From Longivirga aurantiaca (GTDB lineage Bacteria > Actinomycetota > Actinomycetes > S36-B12 > CAIYMF01): a stretch of 32,000 nucleotides of DNA. Below are positions 9,083-15,542 of this stretch, piece after piece (position 1 is the stretch's first letter; every line of letters begins with the position of its first letter). The stretch covers positions 1,299,876 to 1,331,875 of the forward strand of contig NZ_JBHSTI010000008.1 of assembly GCF_042660085.1 (NCBI RefSeq). The letters run 5' to 3'. The notes under the pieces are model-generated. The model saw nothing but the letters and a program-made list of their open reading frames with translations. It was not told the origin of the DNA and searched no databases. A program made the position numbers and the translations under genes.

Positions 9083-9871
9083 TCAGACGATCCGGACTGA
9101 GACCGAGCCGAGCCGGTCGAACTCGGCCCGGTACGTCTCGCGAGCGGCGACCGGGACGGCGGCGTGCAGCGCACCGGTCATGACGATCGAGCCTGCGGGC
9201 AGCGAGGCGCCGAACGGGTGGAGCGTGCGGACGAGCCAGGCGACGGCGGCCGCGGGGTTTCCCAGGGCTGCGGCGCCGGCACCGGTGGCGATGACCTCGC
9301 CGTCGCGGGTGAAGACCATGCCGAGCGTGCGCAGGTCGACGTCGGCCACGGGGGTCGAGCCCCCGCCGATCACGATCGCGCCGCTGCTCGCCATGTCCGA
9401 GACCGTGTCGACGAGCTTGATGCGCCAGTCGGCCACGCGGCTGTCGACGAGCTCGATCGAGGCGACGACGCCCTCGACCGCGCGCTGCACGTCCAGCGGG
9501 GTGCAGTCGGGCCCGGAGAGGTCGGCGCCCAGCACGAGGGCGATCTCCGCCTCCAGCTTCGGCGCGATGAAGTCCGTGAGAGGCACCGCGGCACCGTCGT
9601 CGAGGACGTGCGAGGCCATCACCGGCGCGAAGTCGGGGGAGTCGACGCCGAGCATCTGCTGCATCGGCTTGCTCGTGAGCCCGAGCTTGTAGCCGACGAC
9701 GCGGTCGCCGTCGTCGAGGTAGCGCCGCACGACGCCCTGCTGCACGAGGTAGGCGTCCTCGAGCGTCAGCGTCGGGTCGCCGTCGGTGAGCGGCGGCACC
9801 GGCACCCGCGTGCGGCGTGCCTCGTAGAGCGCGGCGGCGAGCTCGTCGGCGCGCTCGGACGTGAGGGTCAT
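9083..9871 (-). CDS. dmpE: MhpD/XylJ-family enzyme, probable 2-oxopent-4-enoate (2-keto-4-pentenoate) hydratase by gene order
   Basis: 262 aa with motifs [18 protein letters not shown] and IELVDSR. Its position directly upstream of the dehydrogenase and aldolase matches dmpE-F-G. Its start overlaps the IclR stop (ATGA at 9868-9871). Confidence 0.75.
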   Translation of the reverse strand: MTLTSERADELAAALYEARRTRVPVPPLTDGDPTLTLEDAYLVQQGVVRRYLDDGDRVVGYKLGLTSKPMQQMLGVDSPDFAPVMASHVLDDGAAVPLTDFIAPKLEAEIALVLGADLSGPDCTPLDVQRAVEGVVASIELVDSRVADWRIKLVDTVSDMASSGAIVIGGGSTPVADVDLRTLGMVFTRDGEVIATGAGAAALGNPAAAVAWLVRTLHPFGASLPAGSIVMTGALHAAVPVAARETYRAEFDRLGSVSVRIV

Positions 9872-10686
9872 CGCGATCCTTCCTTGCGGGCGGGTGCCTC
9901 GGCGAAACCCATGCGGCGGCTGATGGCGGCAGCCGCCTCGGTGACGGGGCGGACGTAGCGGCGCAGGGTCGCGCCCTCCATGCGGGTGAGCGGCCCGGCG
10001 ATCGACAGGGCGGCGACGACCGTTCCGCGCGTGTCGCGGATCGGGGCGGCGATCGAGGCGACGCCGACCTCGGACTCGTTCACGTTCTCGGCCCAGCCCT
10101 GGGAGCGGACGACGAGGAGCTGGGCGCGCAGCGTGGCCTGGTCCGAGATCGTGTACTGCGTCTTGCGCGGCAGCCGCCAGCCGGCCAGCAGCGCGTCGAG
10201 CTCCTCGGCGGGCAGGTGGGCGAGCAGCACCTTGCCGGTCGACGTCGCGTGGGCGTCGTTGCGGTGGCCGACGCGACCGAACAGCCGGATCGTCTGCGGG
10301 CTCTCCCGGCGCTCGACGTACACGACGTGCCGGCCGTCGAGCACCGCGATCTGCACGGTCTCCTTGGTGATGTTGCGCAGCTGCTCGATCACGGGGTTGG
10401 CCGCTGAGTGCAGGTCGATCGCCGACTGCACGCTGGTGCCGAGCTCGTGCATCGTGAGGGCGAGGCGGTAGGAGCCGGTCTCGGCATCCTGCTCGAGGAG
10501 CTTCTCGACGGTCAGCGTGTGCAGGAGCCGGTGGGTCGTGCTCTTGCCGAGGCCCAGCCGGCGCGACAGCTCGCTGACTCCGATCTCGCGGTCGCCCTTG
10601 CCGAACTCCTTGAGCAGGCGTGCGGCGTTGCTCACGCTGGCGAGGACCTGGGTGTCGCCCACGGGGCGGAGGTCGCGGTCCGACAC
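9868..10686 (-). CDS. IclR-family transcriptional regulator
   Basis: N-terminal winged HTH (GVSELSRRLGLGKSTTHRLLHTL) plus an IclR-type C-terminal effector domain (...LSIAGP...). GTG start at 10686, 1 nt after the upstream stop. Confidence 0.9.
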   Translation of the reverse strand: MSDRDLRPVGDTQVLASVSNAARLLKEFGKGDREIGVSELSRRLGLGKSTTHRLLHTLTVEKLLEQDAETGSYRLALTMHELGTSVQSAIDLHSAANPVIEQLRNITKETVQIAVLDGRHVVYVERRESPQTIRLFGRVGHRNDAHATSTGKVLLAHLPAEELDALLAGWRLPRKTQYTISDQATLRAQLLVVRSQGWAENVNESEVGVASIAAPIRDTRGTVVAALSIAGPLTRMEGATLRRYVRPVTEAAAAISRRMGFAEAPARKEGSR

Positions 10687-10687
10687 G

Positions 10688-11371
10688 TCAGCGCACCTCG
10701 GCGGGCGCGCGCAGGGCCGCTACGAGCGCGCGCCGCACGGCGGAGTCGTCGGCGGCGGGGTCCGCGCACACCGCGGCGAGCGAGGCGTCGTGGGGGGCGA
10801 GCTGCTGGGCGAGGAAGCGCACCGTCTGGTGCAGCCCGACGCGGTCCGCCACGGCGTACTCCTCGGCGAGCGTCGCCCGCGACCCGGCATGGGCCCTGAT
10901 CGTGTCGTGGTCGCGGAACACGGCGGCGTGCTGGTTGGCGAGCCCCGTGCCCGCGTGCTGCGCGTGGTGCGGCGTGAGGCCGCCGCCGGGGGAGACCGAC
11001 AGGTGGTAGACCACGTCCGGGACGCCGAGCACCTGGCGCACCTCCTCGGGTCGGGGGCCGTCCGACTCGTCGATGCCGCCGAGCCCGGGCGCGACGACCG
11101 GGTCGAAGAAGCGCAGGGTCCAGGTGAGGCCGTCGACCTCGTCGGCGATCTCGACCTCGGGGCCGTGCGGGGCCGGCAGCGGGCTCGTCGTGGCGAGCAC
11201 GTGCAGGTGCCGGACACCCACGGCGAGCACGGTCAGGTGGCTGCCGCGCAGCAGGGGGAGACCGGCCTGCTCGCCCACGGCCAGGTGCCGGGCCTGGTCG
11301 AGGTAGGCGCCGTGCAGCGCGGCCACGAACGAGGCCATCGCCTCCCGCATCTGTCCGGGGTCTGCGCTCAT
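10688..11371 (-). CDS. Hypothetical protein, 227 aa, first gene of the minus operon
   Basis: ATG at 11371 (MSADPGQMREAMASF...). G/C dominates third codon positions along the whole frame, which supports real coding. I recognise no family motif. It is His-rich locally (TPHHAQHAG). The ORF-track start at 11494 would run across the divergent promoter region. Confidence 0.6.
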   Translation of the reverse strand: MSADPGQMREAMASFVAALHGAYLDQARHLAVGEQAGLPLLRGSHLTVLAVGVRHLHVLATTSPLPAPHGPEVEIADEVDGLTWTLRFFDPVVAPGLGGIDESDGPRPEEVRQVLGVPDVVYHLSVSPGGGLTPHHAQHAGTGLANQHAAVFRDHDTIRAHAGSRATLAEEYAVADRVGLHQTVRFLAQQLAPHDASLAAVCADPAADDSAVRRALVAALRAPAEVR

Positions 11372-11378
11372 GGCGAGG

Positions 11379-11384
11379 AAGGTA
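11379..11384 (-). promoter_or_regulatory. Candidate -10 hexamer (TACCTT) for a leaderless minus-operon transcript
   Basis: The minus strand reads GCGTACCTTCCTCGCCATG. TACCTT fits the actinobacterial TANNNT -10 consensus and lies exactly 7 nt before the ATG at 11371. There is no Shine-Dalgarno sequence in between. Confidence 0.4.
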
Positions 11385-11392
11385 CGCCGATC

Positions 11393-11433
11393 CTGTCCCG
11401 CATGGCGGCACATCGGTCCACTGTGCGGGACAG
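11393..11433. promoter_or_regulatory. Candidate operator: perfect 10-bp inverted repeat CTGTCCCGCA-N21-TGCGGGACAG
   Basis: Arms at 11393..11402 and 11424..11433 are exact reverse complements. The repeat sits between the two candidate -10 boxes, where both -35 regions would fall. An IclR regulator is encoded in the adjacent operon. Confidence 0.45.
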
Positions 11434-11440
11434 CAACGCC

Positions 11441-11446
11441 TACCTT
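11441..11446 (+). promoter_or_regulatory. Candidate -10 hexamer (TACCTT) for a leaderless plus-operon transcript
   Basis: The plus strand reads CGCCTACCTTCCCGGCCATG. The same TACCTTCC motif lies exactly 7 nt before the ATG at 11454, with no Shine-Dalgarno sequence. It mirrors the minus-strand element. Confidence 0.4.
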
Positions 11447-11453
11447 CCCGGCC

Positions 11454-12362
11454 ATGGGCATCCTGCGGCTCGGCCACGTCGACGTGACGGTCACCGACCT
11501 CGACCTCGCGACGGCCTACTACACCGAAGTGATGGGCATGATCGTCGTCGAGCGTGACGCCGACTCGGTCTACCTGAAGTGCTGGGACGAGGTGGACCAC
11601 CACTCCCTGCGCCTCGTCTACGCACCCCGGGTCGGCCTCGACCTGATGGCCTTCAAGGTCGAGCGCGAGGACGATCTCGCCGACCTCGAGAAGGCCGTGA
11701 ACCGCTACGGCTTCCCCGTGCAGCGGATCTCCAAGGGCGAGTCGGTCGGCCAGGGCGAGTCGATCCGGTTCGAGACGCCGTCGGGCCAGACGATGGAGCT
11801 GGTCCACGACGTCGAGAAGGTCGGCGGGCTCCTGCCGAAGATCAACCCGGCGCCGTTCGTGACGGGCGTCCCCGGCATCGCCCCGCCGCGCATGGACCAC
11901 CTGCTGGTCACGGCCGAGGAGGTCGGCGAGGCCACGACGTTCTACACGAGCGTCCTCGGCTTCCGGGTCACCGAGCAGCTGCTCGACGGCAACGGCCACC
12001 AGATCGGCACCTGGATGGAGCGGTCGTTCTCGCCGCACGACCTCGCGATCGTGTCCGGCCCCAACGGCGGCCTCCACCACTTCGCGTTCTGGCTCGACGA
12101 CTGGGAGTCGGTCCGCAAGGCCGCCGACACGCTGGCCTACAACGGCATCCAGATCGACGTGGGCCCGACGCGACACGGCGTGACGCGAGGCAGCACGATC
12201 TACTTCTTCGACCCGCTCGGCACCCGCAACGAGGTCTTCACGGGCGGCTACCGCCCCGACCCCGACTTCCCGACGATCACCTGGACCGAGGACAACATCG
12301 GCCGAGCCGTCTTCTACTACGAGGGCGAGCTCAACGAGCGCTTCATGAAGGTGCACACCTGA
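11454..12362 (+). CDS. Catechol 2,3-dioxygenase (XylE/DmpB-type two-domain extradiol dioxygenase), copy 1
   Basis: 302 aa from the ATG at 11454. Along its length it resembles XylE as I recall it (LRLGHV..., HHFAF, IDVGPTRHGVTRGSTIYFFDPLGTRNEVFTGG, LNERFMKVHT). The ORF-track start at 11370 lies inside the promoter region. Confidence 0.9.
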   Translation: MGILRLGHVDVTVTDLDLATAYYTEVMGMIVVERDADSVYLKCWDEVDHHSLRLVYAPRVGLDLMAFKVEREDDLADLEKAVNRYGFPVQRISKGESVGQGESIRFETPSGQTMELVHDVEKVGGLLPKINPAPFVTGVPGIAPPRMDHLLVTAEEVGEATTFYTSVLGFRVTEQLLDGNGHQIGTWMERSFSPHDLAIVSGPNGGLHHFAFWLDDWESVRKAADTLAYNGIQIDVGPTRHGVTRGSTIYFFDPLGTRNEVFTGGYRPDPDFPTITWTEDNIGRAVFYYEGELNERFMKVHT

Positions 12363-13273
12363 TGACCATCCTGCGACTCAGCCACGTCGAGGTCCGCGTG
12401 CCCGACCTCGAGCTGGCAACGGCGTACTACTGCGAGGTCGTCGGCCTCATCGAGACCGCGCGCGAGAGCGAGCGGGTCTTCCTCAAGGGGTGGGACGAGC
12501 ACCAGCACCACTCGGTGGTGCTCACCTGGGAGCCGACGCACGGCCTCAACCACTTCGGGTTCAAGGTCACCGAGCTCGAGGACCTCGACCTGTACGCCGC
12601 GCGCCTCAAGGAGGCCGGCGTCGACGTCGTCCGCTACGGCCCCGACGAGTGGGCGCCGGGCCACGGCGAGGCGATCCGCTTCACCCTGCCGAGCGGCCAC
12701 TCGATGGAGCTCGTGCACGGCATGCAGCAGGTGGGCAACCTCCTGCCCCTCACCAACCCGCCGCCCAAGCCGCTGGGCCTTCCGGGCATCGCACCCCCGC
12801 GCATCGACCACATCTTCCTGACGGCCGAGGACGTCGGCGGCATGACCGACTTCTTCGTCGACGTGCTGGGCTTCCGCGTCACCGAGCAGGTCGTCGGCGA
12901 CGACGGCTTCCGCATCGCCACGTGGCTCGAGGTCTCGCACGCCAGCCACGACATCGCGTTGGTCACCGGCTCCAACGGCGGCCTGCACCACTTCGCGTGG
13001 GCGGTGGAGGACTGGACGGCGCTGCGCGACGCGGCGGACGTCTGCGCTTACCACGGCGTCCGGATCGAGACGAACCCGACGCGCCACGGGGCGACGCGCG
13101 GCCACTGCCTCTACTTCTTCGACCCCGTCGGCAACCGCAACGAGGTCTTCACGGGCGGCTACTGGGTCGACCCCGACAACGAGCCCACGATCTGGACCGA
13201 GGCGGAGATGGGTCGAGCCCTGTTCTGGTACGACGGAGTCGTCAACCAGAAGTTCCTGACGGTGCACACATGA
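12362..13273 (+). CDS. Catechol 2,3-dioxygenase (XylE/DmpB-type), copy 2
   Basis: 303 aa within the frame of ORF 11579..13273. The ATG at 12362 shares one base with the copy-1 stop (TGATG). It has the same XylE-like motifs (LRLSHV, HHFAW, TNPTRHGATRGHCLYFFDPVGNRNEVFTGG, VNQKFLTVHT). By eye, about half its positions match copy 1. Confidence 0.9.
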   Translation: MTILRLSHVEVRVPDLELATAYYCEVVGLIETARESERVFLKGWDEHQHHSVVLTWEPTHGLNHFGFKVTELEDLDLYAARLKEAGVDVVRYGPDEWAPGHGEAIRFTLPSGHSMELVHGMQQVGNLLPLTNPPPKPLGLPGIAPPRIDHIFLTAEDVGGMTDFFVDVLGFRVTEQVVGDDGFRIATWLEVSHASHDIALVTGSNGGLHHFAWAVEDWTALRDAADVCAYHGVRIETNPTRHGATRGHCLYFFDPVGNRNEVFTGGYWVDPDNEPTIWTEAEMGRALFWYDGVVNQKFLTVHT

Positions 13274-14355
13274 CCGCCGTGCAGGAGCCGACCACCGGCT
13301 CGGCCTTCCCGCGCACCGAGCGGCCCGACGCGCCGGCGTACCTCAGCCGCTACCTCGAGCGCACCGCTCGCACGGTGACCCGCGAGGAGGCGGAGGACGA
13401 GAGCACGCCGCTCTACCTGCGCCGGTTCCGCGAGCGCCGCGAGTCGACCGACCCGTTCGAGACCCCGGTCCCCACGTACGAGGGCCAGGAGCTCAACACC
13501 ACGCGCGGCTGGGCCGAGGTCACCCGCACGAAGGAGATCGTGCCCGAGCGCCGCGAGCAGGCGGCTCAGGCCACGACCGACATCTACTTCGTGCGCCACG
13601 GCGAGACGCAGGGCTACAGCTCGGAGTCGGGCCTCACACCGCTGGGCTCGTGGCAGGCGCACCGTCGCGGGCAGGAGCTCGCCCGTCGCGTGATGAACGG
13701 CCACACCGTGCGGCTCGCCTGCGCCGAGACCAACCGGGCCCGCCAGACCGCCGAGCACATCCGGCGCGGGTTGCTCGACGGCATGCAGCTGTTCGGTCGC
13801 GAGGCCACGGTCGGCGACATCGTCGGCTACCGCGAGTTCCAGAACTTCGCCGTGTCGACGCCCGAGGGCCTGCGCGACGTGACCTCGGCGTTCCGGCTCT
13901 ACGCCAAGGAGATAGAGGCGTACGAGCGGGTCTCGATGGGGGAGCGCCCGGGCTGGCTCGTGGAGATCGACCGTTTCTGGAAGATCCAGAACGCCGGCGG
14001 AGACCCGATCACCCACTGGCTGACCATGCCGCTCATGCACTTCGAGCCGCCGATCTCCTGCGTTCGCCGGTTCTGGGCCGGCCTGCTGCGGATCCACAAC
14101 GAGACGCCGGGCAACTCCGTCGTCGTCGCCACCCACTCCGGCCCGATCCGCGCCTTCGCCACCTGGGCGATGGGCTACGACCCGGGCGAGCCGTTCAACA
14201 CCGAGTTCGTGCGCGTCCGCCTCATCGACGGCGGAGTCACGGCGCTCGTGCTCTACCGCAACCGCGTCCAGGAGGTGCACGTGCCCGATCTCGAGGCACT
14301 GCCCAACTGGTGGACCGGCACCGCTACCGCGGCCGACGTCGCCGAGGGGATCTGA
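13270..14355 (+). CDS. Histidine phosphatase superfamily protein (PGAM-like) with a ~95-aa charged N-terminal extension
   Basis: 361 aa within the frame of ORF 12490..14355. The ATG at 13270 overlaps the copy-2 dioxygenase stop (ATGA). Catalytic RHG motif (YFVRHGETQG) and distal His (VVATHSGPIRA) are present. The N-terminal ~95 residues are Glu/Arg-rich with no motif I recognise, but they carry coding-type G/C third positions. Confidence 0.8.
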   Translation: MTAVQEPTTGSAFPRTERPDAPAYLSRYLERTARTVTREEAEDESTPLYLRRFRERRESTDPFETPVPTYEGQELNTTRGWAEVTRTKEIVPERREQAAQATTDIYFVRHGETQGYSSESGLTPLGSWQAHRRGQELARRVMNGHTVRLACAETNRARQTAEHIRRGLLDGMQLFGREATVGDIVGYREFQNFAVSTPEGLRDVTSAFRLYAKEIEAYERVSMGERPGWLVEIDRFWKIQNAGGDPITHWLTMPLMHFEPPISCVRRFWAGLLRIHNETPGNSVVVATHSGPIRAFATWAMGYDPGEPFNTEFVRVRLIDGGVTALVLYRNRVQEVHVPDLEALPNWWTGTATAADVAEGI

Positions 14356-15446
14356 TGACGACCATCACCTGGTTCGAGAGCTACTGGGCCGGCATGAAGA
14401 GCGAGGTCGGCGGCAAGGCGGCCAGCCTCGGCGAGATGACGGGTGCCGGGCTCCCGGTGCCCCCCGGCTTCGCGATCACGACCTCGTCGTACCGACGTGC
14501 CCGTGACGAGTCGGACCTCGACGCGCAGATCGCACGTCTCCTGCACGGCCTCGACACGTCGAACACCGACATGGTCTCCGAGCGCTGCGCGAAGATCCGT
14601 CAGGCCATCGCCACGATGCCGATCCCGGAGGGCATCGAGCTGCAGATCCGGGGTGCCTACCTCGAGCTCGGCGCCCGGTTCGGCATGAAGGACGTGCCGG
14701 TCGCGGTGCGGTCGTCGGCGACGTCGGAGGACTCGCCCGACGCGTCGTTCGCCGGCGAGCACGACACGTACCTGTGGGTGCGCGGCGCCGAGGACGTCAT
14801 CGACGCCGTACGCCGCTGCTGGGCCAGCCTGTTCACCGACCGCGCCACCTGCTACCGCGTGGAGATGGGCTACGACCACCGCACGGTCGAGATGTGCGTG
14901 GTCATCCAGAAGATGGTGACGCCGAAGGCGGCCGGCGTGGCCTTCACGCTCGACCCGACCAACGGCGACCGCTCGCAGGTGGCCATCGACGCCGCGTGGG
15001 GGTTCGGCGAGGCGGTCGTGGCCGGCGAGGTCACGCCCGACAACTACCGCGTCGACAAGGTCATGCTCGACATCACCAAGCGCATCGTGAGCGAGAAGTC
15101 GCACGAGTACGTGCTCACCGACCACGACACGGTGGAGAAGGTCGAGACGACGCCCGAGCGGGCGTCGGCGCCGTGCCTGACCGACACCGAGATCAAGGCC
15201 ATCACCAAGCTCGCCAAGACGGCAGAGCGCCACTACGGCTGCCCGCAGGACATCGAGTGGGCAGTCGACCTCGACCTGCCCGAGGGCGACAACATCATCC
15301 TGCTCCAGTCCCGGCCCGAGACCTTCTGGAGCAAGAAGGGGCCCACCACGGTGATCGAACCGGGCACCAAGTCGGGCGACTTCATGTCGAGCATCGTCTC
15401 GACGCTGATGTCGCCGCTGCACACGAAGGGGGCGGACGGTTCCTGA
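14355..15446 (+). CDS. PEP/pyruvate-binding (PPDK_N, ATP-grasp) domain protein; ATP-binding subunit of a split dikinase (phenylphosphate synthase PpsB-like)
   Basis: 363 aa within the frame of ORF 13650..15446. The ATG at 14355 shares one base with the upstream stop (TGATG). Motifs: VGGKAASLGEMTGAGLPVPPGF, VAVRSSATSEDSPDASFAGEHDTY, AAGVAFTLDP, DIEWAVD...ILLQSRPET. It has no His-swivel domain and no TIM-barrel domain. Confidence 0.85.
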   Translation: MTTITWFESYWAGMKSEVGGKAASLGEMTGAGLPVPPGFAITTSSYRRARDESDLDAQIARLLHGLDTSNTDMVSERCAKIRQAIATMPIPEGIELQIRGAYLELGARFGMKDVPVAVRSSATSEDSPDASFAGEHDTYLWVRGAEDVIDAVRRCWASLFTDRATCYRVEMGYDHRTVEMCVVIQKMVTPKAAGVAFTLDPTNGDRSQVAIDAAWGFGEAVVAGEVTPDNYRVDKVMLDITKRIVSEKSHEYVLTDHDTVEKVETTPERASAPCLTDTEIKAITKLAKTAERHYGCPQDIEWAVDLDLPEGDNIILLQSRPETFWSKKGPTTVIEPGTKSGDFMSSIVSTLMSPLHTKGADGS

Positions 15447-15478
15447 CCGGCTGTCCGTAGCACGTCGCACCACAACCG

Positions 15479-15499
15479 CGACCGCGCGCTGCGCGGTCG
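15479..15499 (+). other. Intercistronic GC hairpin between the two dikinase genes
   Basis: CGACCGCGC-GCT-GCGCGGTCG, a 9-bp perfect stem with a 3-nt loop and no U-tract. It lies in the 96-nt spacer, ahead of the strong Shine-Dalgarno GAAGGAG (15531..15537). Confidence 0.5.
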
Positions 15500-15542
15500 T
15501 CCACCCCAGTGAAGACCCGCAAGGGTTCTAGAAGGAGACCGC

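Noticed and set aside
8167-9174. N-terminal extensions offered by the ORF track (also 11370, 17401, 11494, 3062, 4935, 22777 and 27982 as starts)
   Set aside because: The extensions overlap upstream genes or promoter regions and are Arg/Ser/Pro-rich. Each precedes an internal ATG or GTG that has a Shine-Dalgarno or stop/start overlap and gives a family-typical length.
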